Notes under the pieces: model-generated | Told to the model about the DNA's origin: nothing | What the model saw: only the letters and a program-made list of their open reading frames with translations | The model's database searches: none | Position numbers and translations under genes: made by a program | Shown: positions 25,954-40,200 of the stretch, in pieces | How positions within the stretch are numbered: position 1 is the first letter of the stretch | Layout: every line of letters starts with the position of its first letter | Assembly: GCA_028023455.1 (NCBI GenBank) | Contig: JAQFVV010000003.1 | Span: 24,428,001 to 24,492,000, forward strand | DNA length: 64,000 nucleotides | DNA from: Epiperipatus broadwayi | Lineage: Eukaryota; Animalia; Onychophora | Direction of reading: 5' to 3'

Positions 25954-26369
25954 TTATTTTTTAGCATATATGTGTTCGAGTGTATCAGTTTTATGAGATA
26001 GTATGGAGAGCGGTGGGTCATGTGAAAGTCTGTGCTCATATACTCTATATATTACATATATAGATACGGATATATAATAAGCCTGTGGGTATCAGTTATT
26101 ACATAGTAGAGATGTCTGCCCATCCCTTGTATATGTATTAAATGGATTATGTCCTTTACATGAGAGGTCAGATTGGCCTTAGGTCAACACAGGTGTGACA
26201 AGAATCTCGGCCTCAAGGTGGCCTTTGAGCATTCCATCTTCAGATTTTCAATTGGATGGATGGTTGAAGAGTTGGAGTGTGGAGTAGATTGAAGCCTGTC
26301 CATTAAAGTATGAGGTTTGGTTATCTTAATATATATCTGAGCACTTATAGCATATATGTGTAGAGATGG

Positions 26370-26427
26370 TAATCTGGACCAACTGATGATTGCTGGTTTA
26401 GCATGAAATACATATATTGGTGATTAT
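26370..26427 (+). ncRNA. Type I hammerhead ribozyme (family D), copy 2
   Basis: UAAUC-UGG-ACCAA CUGAUGA U-UGCU GGUUU AGCA-U GAAA UACAUAUA UUGGU-GAUUA; core intact, near-palindromic stem III, predicted cut after A26416. Confidence 0.8.
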
Positions 26428-27928
26428 TTATCTTTTAGCATATATGTGTTCAAGTGTATCAGTGTTATGAGTTAGTGTGGAGAGCAGTGGGTCATGTGAA
26501 AGTCTGTGCTCATATACCTTATATATTACATATATAGACACAGGTATATAATAAGCCTGTGTGTATCAGTTATAATACAACTTAATATTACTGTTTATTC
26601 ATGATTACAACAAAATGGTCACATACCCCAACCTGAATAACAGAAGTAAGTTAAATATTAAACATATCAATTAACAAATAAAATTACAATGCACAACAAT
26701 ACAGAATAATGTATCTATTATCCCGAGGATCAACCTATATTATTAAGTGTTTAATGTTTAATTTGATTGTGTTATCTGAATGTATATTACACGTATGTCT
26801 ATGGATTGCTAATTTATGTTTTATAGATAGAGTTCATTCATAAGACTGTTAATCATACAAACAGGAAAATTTACTCATATATATTTACTTGTTAGTAAGT
26901 AAAATGAATATTTAATTTTATATACTAAATACCTAATTAAGTGTAGATGTTTAAACATCTTATCTTTGTCTTTGCACCCAATTATGATAAGATTTTATTT
27001 ACAAACATATAAAAATTATATATGTGTATACCTTGAGTTGTGTATTTATATTTTTCTCTCTATCAAAATTTAAGCATAATAGGTTCTTTACAATTTAAGA
27101 TTAGAGAAAAAAAAATGTTTTCTGCAAATGAATAGAAGGGTGAGAAAAATCGTAACTCGTCTCTCAGTATACACCAAAAATACAAATACAAAATATTTAA
27201 AAGCATCAAAATTAAACGAAATCTTGGATTTCTTTCAAAATAAAGGATTAAAATTTGTAAGAGTGGCTTCAGTGTCTTTAGCAGATGGTTTCTTTTTTTT
27301 ATTCGCTTATGTTGAATGATTTTAAACTCCAACCACTTAGAACAATTCCCAGACGAAGTCAAACTTATAAAACTGCTGATTTTGGAGCAATTTCTTTCCC
27401 GAATCCATGAGAACTCTCTTTTAAATCATTCCATGCTTGATTAGACACTAGGCATACTACCATTTGATGACACGAAGAAGGCACAAAGATCCTGCGACAA
27501 TTAATTTAGCAAGATTGCATCATTATATTATATATATATTCAAATAAATAATTAAATGTAGGTTTTTTTCAAAATTCGCGTTATAATATAAATAGAAAAG
27601 CTGTTGTATGCAGTTTATATACATACGTGTTATGATATATTTTACTTCAAAAGAAATGCAATCTAGTATTTTAAAATTCTATTTCATCTCTTAATTAGTT
27701 TGCTTTCTTTTTTTAAAAATAATTTTATGATAATTATACGACTTTTGCAGTTGATAAGCAAAATATAAATCTTTTAGAATTTATTCCAATGAAAGTTCGT
27801 AACTTAAATAAAGAATGTCTTTTTTCTTTTAAAATATTCTGCATTTACCAAATCAATAAATAAAATACAGTTCAAGATATTAAACAGTTTTTTTAAAATA
27901 AAATAGAATCATGATAACTAGTATAATA

Positions 27929-28431
27929 CAGTGTTCTTCACTCTTGGTCCACGCCCGCACCGGGCTTGCGCGGGTCCGCGTGCAGGGGCAGTAAAAAGTT
28001 TGTAATAATAAATAATAAGAGTTTAAACTTTTAATTAATATAGCCAATTTTTATTTTTTTTTCATCTCATTTTTACACCAAAAAAGAGAAAACGAAAACA
28101 AAATCTAATCAATCGTTCATAAATTAATTTGTTTTTCTAGTTATCACAGATGTTTATGGGGGGAGGGGGTAGAATTAAATTTTTTATTACTTTTCTAAAA
28201 AAAATTAAAGAAAAGGTTTTTTATTATATAAACTCCATATATATATATAAAACTTTATCTTATATATTTAACATTGTTGTTTTGATCAGTTATAATAATT
28301 ATTGCTTATCTTTAAGAAAATTTATCTATAGACTTCTGCCGGTTGGCGAAATCTTCTCTTTTTTTTTTGGGGGGGGGGAGCCTTTCCTTTTTTTTTTTTC
28401 TCCGCCGGTGGGGAGAGGTTGAAGAGCACTG
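27929..28431. mobile_element. hAT-family MITE
   Basis: TIRs CAGTGTTCTTCA / TGAAGAGCACTG; perfect 8-bp TSD GTATAATA at 27921-27928 and 28432-28439. Confidence 0.9.
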
Positions 28432-30071
28432 GTATAATATATAAAAAAATAATATTCTTATTCTAAAACTTTACTTTCAACTGGATTCCATTTCTAACAA
28501 CAACAACAACAAAAAACTATTGCTTAGCTTTTTCAAAATCAACAAACTTTTACTCTTTTTTTTTTTTACTCTTTTAAACAAAAGAAACTTGGTTAACATA
28601 ATTTGACAACAGATTATTATTATTTCTGTCACATCATGATTGAAACTCTTAAATCTTCATATATAAATGTGTGTGTGTAGATATTTTATTCCACATTTAA
28701 TAAAATGAAATAAATTAGTTCATTCCTTTCGGAATATATGGTTATTTATATATATATGTGCCTCAAGATATCCTAATAATTATTTAATGTGTTTAATAAA
28801 ATGCTGGCTACCTATCTAATCTTTATAATCTTAGCTTGTCAGTCCAAAACATCAGTTAATTTTTTTTTATAAGGATTGAGCATCACCTTACAATATATAT
28901 ATATATATATTGTACCGATATGAAATGTGGCCAATGGGATGGATTTCCCATGAGGTAGAGACCTTAATGAAATTAAGCTAATAGTTTAACTAAATATAGA
29001 ATTGACCTAAATGGAATAGGAGACTTTATGAATCTTATTCTCTTTTCCACACTCATACCAATACATAATTAGAATCAATTTACTTAGTGATAATTGCTAA
29101 CTCTAAAATATAAAAGAAATGCAAGACAATGACTATATATTAAGTAGCTTATATTTCTTAAAGATTATTTACAAGAGATTTTGCTTGGTAGGATACTTAA
29201 TCTCTGACTCAGTCATATATAGCAGCAATATGAATATGATATATTTACAATTGATAGACGAACTATGAACATGTATCTTTAAAGAGCATAATAATAGCCA
29301 AATAACCTCCTGGTATTATACTAATATTGAGTATTGGTACTTATGGTGACGTGAAACAATAAACATCTATCTGCAACTAAGAGAAGATATATACATGAGT
29401 GTGCATAATGACACTTTTATAGAAAATCAATGGATGGTCAACTTATCATGACTTAATCAGTTTAATTAGTCCAAGAAAACCTAAATAAGTTGTTAATACT
29501 TGCATAAATTGATGACATTAAAATTTAGAATAATGATAGATATTTTCTTTTAATTATATCTGTTCAAATATAATTATTCTTAAATTAAAAAAAACTAACA
29601 AACATACTTATACTAAATTTAAATGATTTTCTAAATATGAATTAGAAGTCTGTGTTTTATAAAAATTGCTTAATAAATAGTCGTCTATTATGGACTGCCT
29701 CACTGAATCAGTTACTCTGCATCAACAGGGTATGACAACATAAAATATTGTTATGAGATCCCTTGTTGCTAAATTGTATAAATCCTGTTATACATCTTGA
29801 AGAATCGGCCTCCATTTATTATTTGTATGTGCAATCATTATATGCTGGGTTGAATGCAGTTGAATTATAATTTGAATATATATGTATATCCGTGTGATTT
29901 TGCTTATTTCGATTTCGTTATATCGGTTCGATGTTTTTATTCCTACATCATGTGATACATACTAAAGTAATACATGTAAGTTGATTAGCTATCTATAAGA
30001 CCGGCGGTTTAGTATGAAGTGATCCGGGATGGCATATTGACATTGGATGAAATTAAAATTGGCCTTTCTCT

Positions 30072-30762
30072 ATGAGTAGTTCCATGGTAATACATATATA
30101 TTAATGCAGCTGACACATTTTCTTATCAATGTTACAAATCAACACTAGACATAAAATGTTTGCTTAATTTTACTGGAAATCAGATATGTTTTTCGTGAAT
30201 ATTACGGTGAATTAACAAATCTTGTTTAGAACACAAGTGTTAAATAATTATCCATTGTTAGGCCAATACTTTCACTTGTTTGAAGATTCGACGATGGAGT
30301 TCTTAAGTTTCCACGAAATAAAAGTTTTTTCATATGGAATTTAGTAAATATATACATTGTTTCTTCCTATAATAAAGTGAAGATTGCTAAAGTCTGTTTT
30401 CTTTTATGAGGAGTTCATATATATTTAAAGTCAGAATAAAAAATTATATTCTTTTAATTTGTTTTAATATTCGCTCGGCAACCATTTTATTTCTCTCTTC
30501 TGTCATTTCTCAATAATAATATCAGATCATCCATTTTCACAGATATACTTGACCTAGCAATTTCTTTTACAGGATTCTTATCAAGCAATTTATTGTTGTT
30601 TTAAAACACTGATCATTTTACACATTTTAAATTTATACCTAAAATTATCATTTCTTATTCATTTGCACTAATCACGTCAGGATGTGTGTGTGATTAGGAA
30701 TTTATGTATTGATGGTGGTTATCAACTACTAAATAAAGTAATGAGTTCTTTTAGGTGAATAA
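30072..30762. repeat. ~690-bp direct repeat, copy 1 (partner at 34953-35654)
   Basis: Colinear from TAGTTCCATGGTAAT to TTTTAGGTGAATAA, with moderate divergence. Confidence 0.9.
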
Positions 30763-30781
30763 AAAAATTTTTAATACTATA

Positions 30782-31330
30782 TAGGGTGATCATATGTCCC
30801 AATTTTTCGGGATTTGTTCCTATTTTTGATTAGATGTTCCAGCGTCCCTGAAATGTCTTTTCGGGACTGTTGTATGTACCGATTTTCAAATACTCAAAAT
30901 TATTATTTGTCTTACATAAATAATTCATTGCAAAAATGATAGTTTCTTGGTCCTCTCTGTCCATTTCAGTCTCTACAGTAATATGTTATATGGCCGTGTT
31001 CTCTAGTTAGGTGCGTTCTCGCATCCAACCTCATCTTGGAGCATGCGCAGTTGGATTTTTGTAGGCTAAAATTTTAACTGCACTTGCACCAGCTTTGTTT
31101 GACAGTGTAGTTTTACTAGTTCTTTGTTGATATTAATTTCTATAGTGATAAAATTAATAGGAATATTAATAACCCTAAACGATAGACATGTCAAAGAGGA
31201 AGTGTACTTACAATGATGAATATACACAAGAATGGAGTTTTATATAAAAAAAAAAAAAAAAGGCCGCAATGTCGTAAAAATGATTGGTCGTTATGTCCCG
31301 ATTTTTGATCGAACCAGTCTGGTCACCCTA
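30782..31330 (+). mobile_element. Internally deleted hAT DNA transposon
   Basis: TIRs TAGGGTGATCA / TGGTCACCCTA, subterminal TGTCCC repeats, and a transposase-like start MSKRKCTYNDEYTQEWSFI* at ~31188. TSD is imperfect. Confidence 0.7.
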
Positions 31331-33599
31331 ACTTTATATATAGGCACAAATCCTTTCTCTAAAGAAAAAAAAAATTTATTTTTTTTTAAATTAGCATTTG
31401 TCAAACCTAAGTTGTGGGTACCTCATGTTTAATAAGTAAATTCTACATTTTTCTGTTGTTAACATTTTTCACTAATAATTATATTATCAGCACCCACAGC
31501 TTCACAATATTGAATGTATCGTTGCACTTGCTGATAAAAGCTCTATATAGGTTTTAAATTTAACCATCAAATGCCACAAATAGTGTTTAGCTTTTCCCCA
31601 TATTTTGAGGTCCTTGTCTAACTTTGGCTCCTCATTATTTTATGCATCAAATCCTTTGTGGTTCTGCCCAAAACTATGCAAAATATATATTTTATTGACA
31701 ACAAAAAAGTCTTTACACATATTACTATTAACATTAAAATGAATTAATGAAGGTAAGTCAACTTCACTAGTGAACTAGACATATGTGTAACAAACAAAAT
31801 ATAATGTACATACCTAAACTCATCTTACAACATCAAACTGCCAATTGAACCACAATTTAATTTCTTGAGGGATGCTGCAACTACACTGTGAGTTAGGTTG
31901 CACAGAATATGGTTGCTAATCAGGGACCCTTGTTTTGGATAACCTTGCAGGAAATCTCTACTGCACATTTTCCCATAAAGTCAAACTAATCTATACTTAT
32001 TATTTCATCGGAATTCTTCTCTACCATTTATTTTGATGAGCTCAGGACATCCTTCAACCAGTGCTCCACTACTGACTTGTATAAAATTTTGGAGCACAAA
32101 CCCACATTTTAAATCAACTGACTTCTTTAAGAAAGGGCTCAATTATATGATAATGCTAATCTACAGCGCAAACATATGATACCTTCTATACTATACCCCT
32201 ACAAAATATCCATTCACTGCGAGAAATTAGTGTAGCACTATTATTCATAGGAGCTATTCGGCCAACAAAAAGACTTATTTGTGATCCAACAGGTTTTTAA
32301 AATATCTGTCTCATAAGTTTTAGATAATTGCAACTAGACCATGGTTGATTTCACCAACCAAGAAAATCTGTTCTCCTACCTTTTTGATTATTGTGATATC
32401 ACCGTATTCATTCCATGATAATTGGTGTGCTCTAACTTATGATACCATAAATATAGTAATGGAAATAGCAACAATATCAAAATGATTCAATATCAATGGA
32501 ATTCTTAATAATTTCACCCCTTTCTAAGATGCACAATACACGTGGGAAGCTTATAAATGAAAGATACTCAATATATTTAATGACTAATATAATGGAAAAT
32601 TTTAGCACAACAAAATATACTAATGCACATTTTATCTTTGGACTGAAGGGGACTTTGCAAAGCAGTGTCCATCTGTTAAATCTTTCTAATATGTCCTTCT
32701 ACAACTTCAAAATGTAAGTTTCCCTACAGTGAAAGTAGATTTTTGTCTATTTTCATTAGATACCTCCGAGATAGTGCTTTATGATCATGACAGGTGTAGA
32801 GAAAACAATGAGGCAATTTAGGAATCGTAATACCCGTATATCTATTATATTTGTATTTGCACTTCAGTTTTCTGATAACCATTCTTTTCTATGATATATT
32901 TCCTACACATATATACTTTCTTTTTAGAGACTTTTTAAATTTTGTTTTATAGTTATATTTATTATTAACTAGCCAGCATAAGTATTGGTTAATGAATGCT
33001 TTTGCATCTGACTTATAGTCATACTTATCACAATAATATTGATAATTTCTAAAACAATTCCTGATATTTTGTGTCGAATAATTCTTAATTTCTATTGCAA
33101 ATGAATGTTTAGGGCACTTAACTCTTTTAATATCATGAATTACTTGAATGCCTTCTGAACTTTTTTGAGTAAGTTGTTTCATATTTATCATTTAAACATT
33201 TCAACTTATTAACTACTTTATTAAGTATCTTGTTATGGTGACAACTTAAATCTTCCACAACTTCTATTTCATGGCTACCTCCAAGGCATTGCATACTCAA
33301 ACCTACATCATATGGTTTGATTATCTTTTGATAATTTTAATATTCTTAGAATTATCATCATGGACCATCATTCTATGTTTGTATGAAATCATGTGCCACT
33401 TAGTTTTATGCTTCAATATTGTATCCCTTTTTGATTTTATTCGATTAGGATATCTATAGAATAAATCTTTAGAGTTATATAAGGAGTGTGAAATTTCATT
33501 AATATACTCATTCCTTTACATTCATATTTATAAGATAACCCTTTAGCCTTTAGATAATGTAACTTTGTTTCAATCTGTTTTTCATATGTATGTTTGTGT

Positions 33600-34470
33600 T
33601 GCAAATTTCCACAGATTTCGTAAATCTTATTTTAAACTTTTACTCATCCCAAGCTGATATGCAAGAGTGGCAATTAGAATGTTGCCTACACCGGACCTAT
33701 AATCACAGTTACTATGGGAATGTTCATACTTCATGGAGTGATCATCGAGACTTATCGTAAAGTAACTCTTGTCCTGAAGATTGTCTATAATTTCTGCCCC
33801 ATAACTACATTTGAGGCAATGGAGATTATAACCTACTTTGTATGACTCATTTAACTTCTTAGTATCTTTCGCATTTCCAGAGATTTTATTGTGAACCACC
33901 CTTTTGTATCTTAGCCACATCTTGTGCCTTTCAACTTCATAATTATAACATGAATGTTTGAAAGTATTTCTAAGAGAATACTTAGGTTGATGCTCAATAT
34001 GAGGATTCTTCTACCTACTGACATGTGAGCTATACTTATTTGTAATGGATACCTTCATTTGCAGTGATTATACCATTTAATGTTCACTGGGATATTAAAC
34101 TAGGTATGATGTATCCTTTTATTGTGGGATGTATTCGAAGAATTATATCGCATAGCCTTTGAACTTGATTATCCATACCACCGTTATTTCCAAGATGGTA
34201 TGAACCTTTCATGAAATTACTATATTCGTTACTTGATTCCATTATGACCTCCTCAACTTTAACCTGCATCTTAACTTCAAAACTGCATTCAAATTTTTTT
34301 AGATTCAAGTCTAATTTATTTTCTATTCTTGTGCTTAAGTCTCTCAACTCTTCAAACTTAGCAGTACATTTATCTCCTGACTCTCTAAATTTAATTTCAA
34401 TATCATGTTTAAATTCTTTGAACTGTGTGTCAGATGCATTGAATCTCACATTATCTTCATCTTTCAAATC
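33600..34470 (-). pseudogene. Possible retrotransposon gag-like remnant
   Basis: ORF 34084-34467 is a coiled-coil-like N-terminus, followed by ORF 33627-33920 (...LIATLAYQL). Family assignment is inference only. Confidence 0.3.
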
Positions 34471-34952
34471 TCTAAAGTCTATCTTTTGTGCTTCAAATTT
34501 TTTATCAAAATTTTACTTAATTCTGTTTTTTGTTCTTCCATTTTTTTTTATCTAGCCCTCCAAACCTCTTATCTAAATCAATTTTCTGCTCATCAAATTT
34601 CTTATCTAGTCCTTGTCAATATTCTCAAAGTGTTTATTGAAATCTTCAAAATTTTTATTTATCATCTGGAATTATCTTAGGATCATACATATGAAATCTG
34701 GAGTCATAGCGCCAGGCCATGCTTCTTGGTCCTTGGCTTTTATAATAATAATAATAATAATAATACCTGACAAAATAATTTTACCTATGTGAGCTTATTT
34801 ACTCATGATTACATACAATGTGCAAAATACCAATGTGGATAAATAGTATTTTATACATAACAAAACATCTCTTCACTTGCTATAATAAAATGCTTATGTG
34901 AATAGCTAATAGTTTGTTGTTGACATCTATCCCCAAACAAATTATGTTACTA

Positions 34953-35654
34953 ATGAATAGTTCCATGGTAATTCATATATATTAATGCAGTTGTCAGATT
35001 TTCTTACAAATGTTAGAAATGAACATTTGACATAAAATGGTTGCTTATTTTTACTGGAAATTAAATATGTTTTCCATGAATATTACAGTGAATTAATGAA
35101 TCTTGTTTAGAACACAAATGTTAAATAATTATCTGTTGTTAGGCCATTACTTTCTCTTGTTTTGAGATTTGATGATGGAGTTCTCAAGTTTCCATGAAGT
35201 AAAGTTTTTTTGTCTGGAATTTAATAAATATATACATTGTTTCTTTGTGTAATAAAATGAAGATTGCTAAAGTCGTTTTTTTTCTACGAGGAGCACATAT
35301 ATATTTAAAGTGGGAATTAAAAGTTATATTCTTTTAATTTGTTTTAATATATTATTCACCAAATGTTTTAATTCTCCTGTCAGTTCTCAATAATAATAAT
35401 ATCAGATCATCCATTATTACTGTTATGCATGACCTTTTGATTTCTTTTACATGATTCTTATCAAGTAATTTATTATTGTTTTAAATGTTGTTTTAAAACA
35501 CTGACAATTTTACATATTTTAAATTTATACATAAAATTATCATTTCTTATTTATTCACAGTAATCATGTCAGGATGTGTGTTTGCCCATGCATATATGTG
35601 CTAATGGTGGTTATCAACTACTAAATAAAGTAATGAGTTGTTTTAGGTGAATAA
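34953..35654. repeat. ~690-bp direct repeat, copy 2
   Basis: Aligns with 30072-30762; followed by a local ~60-bp tandem duplication at ~35635-35750. Confidence 0.9.
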
Positions 35655-35819
35655 TTTTTTTTTATATATAATTTACACTTTGATTAAAAGGGGTGAGTTG
35701 TTTTAGGTGAATAATATTTTTTTTTTATAATTTACATTTTGATTAAAAGGGTCATAGATACCTTATAGACACTATATATATATATATATTAAAAGCATAA
35801 AGCTAAACTAGTCAATAAA

Positions 35820-36160
35820 TAATCAAAATTACCCCAAATTCACAACTCAACCAGACTAGCCAAGAAAATAAATTCTAAAACACTACCAATGGTTTCACTA
35901 CTACAAAATAATAACATATTTAAACTAAACATTACCCACAATTCTACTTAACTCCCATACACTCTTAATATTAAAAGAACTTTTAAATAAGTTAATTGCT
36001 TCAGAATCATAAATTTTTAATAATTTATAAATTTTTTAAAAAATTATAATTCTGAAGCAATTAACATATTTAAAAGTTCTTTTAATATTAAAGTAGTGTT
36101 TTAGAGTTTATTTTTTTAGCTAGTCTGGTTGAGTTGTGAATTTGGGATAATTTTGATATA
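35820..36160. repeat. Nested inverted repeat (fold-back)
   Basis: Outer arms 35822-35888 / 36093-36160; inner arms 35965-36012 / 36045-36092. Confidence 0.85.
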
Positions 36161-38199
36161 TATATATATTGTAGCATTTTACTTTAGTAACTGTTTCAAA
36201 GAGGGATTTACATTTTACGTAATGGTCAAAATTTTAAATTTAGAAAGTATACCATGGTGTTTAATATTAATTTTTCATTTATATAAGATATTTAAAAAAA
36301 AGCTTAATCTATATTATATAGGTACAAGATTCTGTCAAGTTAATTAACAGACACCTTTTACAGTAGTCATACATCTTTTAAAAGTCCTATTTATTTCAAT
36401 TGTAATATTATTTAATAGTTATAAGCATATTTAAAATTATATTTGTCAAAATTTATAATATTCATCAAACTTTATAATAGTTATAAAAGGAATATTTAAT
36501 TAATTTTCATTACAATGACTCTTTAAAAGTGTATGTGTTTGCAGAATCTCATTGCATAAGAATAATAAATGAATTTTACTTCCTTGTTGGAAATAATATT
36601 TTATTCCAATTAAGAATATTAAATATTTAATAGTACAATTTTTAAATAGTAATAATTTTATCTTTAATAAAGTTATTAATTATATTATTTTTGATTTAAA
36701 TAAATAATTATTACAAATAATAATATTTATAGTTGTATTTAAATTTAAAAAGTAATTATTGCTAAATGCTAAATATTTTATTAACTTAATATTGCTTAAA
36801 ATTGAGATAAAATTAATTTATGTGAAAAATTTCTAGTTGATGAAAAGATGATGACCAATGAAATTGATTTAGTTAGGGGTCTGACATCATATTGTCTACA
36901 ATATAAAAGGTAAAAGCAGATGAAAATTTAGGGGAATTGGTTAAACTTAAGAACTAATAAACCTGTTTCTGTTAATTCTTTAAAATTAAAAAATTTATTT
37001 TATTTTATTCTAAATAAGTTAAAAGTTACCTTCAATAGACTGATTAATTATATAATAAATGTTTTAATAGGATGATAAAGTGATAATGGAGTAAATTAAA
37101 AAAATTCTTCATGGAAACCTAATTCGATCTTAAATATTAAATTATAATCATACCATAGTTGCTATTGGAAGTTTAAAGAAATTGCATTATTTTCAGAAAA
37201 AAAAGGAAAAATATTATCAACCTGTTCCAAAAAGTTTGTAAATATAATTGCATAAGAATATGTTTTGTTATCTCTTTATTTTTAATGAGTCTAATAAGTA
37301 ATTTACTAAGGAACCTGTATTTATTTGAAATAAACAGTTACTATAGATTTGGCAAGCCACTTTATAGAACTTTTTGGCTAACTATCTAAGAGTAATTATG
37401 AATTTATTTTTTAAAAAAAAGAATTATATTGGATAGAATGATTTGCATGCTGAAATAAAGTTAAAACTAAATAAGAATAAATAATATGTACTTTTAACAG
37501 TAATAAAGGAATTTACCTAAAATGATTAATGTTTTTGAATAATATTGAAATGAATAGTGATAAAGTAACTCTTACTTATATTAAAAGATGTGTATCTTTA
37601 ATGGTGAGCTTCAAGATTATGATAATTTAAAAGAAGAAAATATTTATTTCCATAAAGAATATCAAAGAGAAATATGAATTGTGATATTTTAATAAACCAG
37701 AACCAATAGATACAATTATAACTGATGTATAAAATAGATAAGAAAAGATGAACCCATAAAAGTTAAAAGTTATTACTGATAATAGCAAAATTAGTTATAT
37801 AATATGCTTCTATAGGATAATGAATATTATAGACTAATATTTGAAGTTATTATTTTAAAAATTAATGAAATGTACAAGATTTTAAGTGCACTAAAGTGAA
37901 GTTAAGGATTCTATAATAGACATTGAAGAGCACTCAGAAATTTAAGAAATCTTTATTAATTAGAGATATTTTGTTTTCTTTATTTTAAAATGTATATTAA
38001 ACAATATGTTATCAAGCAGGAGGAGAGAGAAAATGATGACGAGAAGTTTAAGCTGCCGACCATCATCATGGCAACAAGTGTGGAGTGTTTTGGGAAGTTA
38101 CTTTTTAAAAAAAAAATTATTGAAAAAGTTTTCAATCTAAATTTTTTTTATATTCAGGATATGTATTCCTAAGATGTATTTTAAGATAAGAAACTACCT

Positions 38200-40200
38200 A
38201 AGTAATTTATATGTTTGTTATTGTTTTCCAAATTAATAATTTTAATATAACATTAGATTTTAGAATTTAAAATTAAAAGTATATTATGCTCATTCATAAA
38301 ATTATTTCATGGATGTACCAAAGAGACATGAAAAATGGTAATGGGTGATTTACTAATATGATTTTATGTATTTTAATATGCATTACGTATAATGGTTTAT
38401 TTATTTAAAAAGTGGTTTATATTGAATTATTAATTGATTATACTGGAATATATTTTGTGGTACAAAATGAATAATAATTATGAGTCAAGAATAAGGTATA
38501 TTGATAAGAGAAATATTAATGTATAAGAAGTATGTAATATTCTAAGTGAAATATGTTATAGAATGTATGCAATATTTTCTAATGTTACATCGTGATCTCA
38601 AATATTATAATGTATTAAGTGTATACTATGATGTCTGTCATAAGAATAAATGTTTGTTTTAGCAAATGATCTATTATAATTATAGATTTGTAAAGGATGG
38701 GAAGATAAAAGTTATACACATGGATCGGAAAGATAATTTATGCTGATGCTAAAAATGTACAAGTGGAGAAAAAGGGATAAGTTTAAAATGCCAGGATAGT
38801 ATAGTATCATCCTGAAGAACTAATGTGATATATAATGGGTTTAATCCAAAGGACACCCATATTTTTTTAATGAAATAAGTGAGAATTTATAAGATATAAC
38901 TGCCCTATACTGTAAATGCTTGAGAGTAAAGCCAGGATTTTAATGGTAGGATCATTGAAATAATAATGACTACCCCGCGGTTATAATGTGATGAAAGAAA
39001 TGTTAGTTACCTTCATTCATATAATGTAAGATTGTTTATTAATTTAATTTCTTAGCCTAAATAATATCTTTGATTTTGGATTATAGTTAAGCATTGTATG
39101 TAAGTATTTTGTCTAAGAGTTTATAGTTTTTCTTCCTACTGTTAGTAAGGATAGTCAAAGAAAAAGACAGGACCATACGCAAAGCAAATATAATTAGATT
39201 TTATAAAAGAGAGAATAAATCATTGTCTAAATGATAGTATGAGATCAATGATAATGAAGATTATGAAAGAATAAAATGTGAAAAATTAATGTATATTTTT
39301 TATATTTAAAAGGTAAATATTCTTGATTCAGTTATTTATTCAAAGTATCTGGTGTATATGGTGGAAATAATATAAAAGTATGAAAAGTCATATATTAAAT
39401 AATAATCTGTTGATATAATGATTATAAAATTACAATACATGGTATTTGAATAAATTTAAGAAACATAAATGTAAAGCAACTGACCACTAAGGCACATTTG
39501 ATGTAATAATAACATTGCTAAACGTTATGAAAATATGAACAATAATTAAATTGGTCATACAAATAGGAATATTAATAATATTCAATAATTATTGTTTAAT
39601 TCCTTAAATGATAAGAATCTAATGGTAACCCATGCTAAGATGATTGTATTTATTTATTTTTTGTTTTTCTGATGTATAAATGTAAATATGTTAATCATAA
39701 TAATGTAAGTTGTTAAAAATAGTTTATTTTATAATGTGTAATCAAAATTATTGTTGAAAATATTTATTGTTGTAAATAAATATATATTTTAATTTGAACC
39801 AAACAATTGGTTTTGTTTTCTTTATGGAATCATAGATATAGTAATGTCATATATTTAAGCACATAGCACAATAACATTCTCACATAAAATTTATGTATTG
39901 GGTGTTTATTAAGAGAGATAAAATAAATAATTTGAACTTAATAAATTAGGGATCTGTTAATTATATTTTATTATTAAATAAAACTAATATTAATTTTACT
40001 TATTAATTTATTTAAGGTTTAAATATCTGAATAAATACTTGAAATTTTAATCTAAAGAATCAATGTGTGTTTAGAGCATTATGGAAATTAATCTAGTTTA
40101 ACAGTCACATACTTATTTTAAAGTTTATTTAAAATTTAATAAAGTTAAAAAATCGTAAAAGTGTTTAAAGTTTATTTAAATGATTAAATTATTTAAGCTA
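38200..40200 (+). pseudogene. Possible very old PLE remnant
   Basis: IGHTNRNINNI near 39550 resembles GIY-YIG YIGQTGR; otherwise unrecognisable, boundaries guessed. Confidence 0.25.

Larger units (their letters stand above)
25227..26579 (+). mobile_element. LTR-like element with HHRs: TG...CA segment 25227-26103, PBS-like 26104-26116, 117-bp internal region, second repeat 26221-26579
   Basis: 25749-26103 is repeated at 26221-26579 (offset 472-474). The first repeat ends ...TATCAGTTATTACA followed directly by TAGTAGAGATG. One HHR per repeat. Confidence 0.8.
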
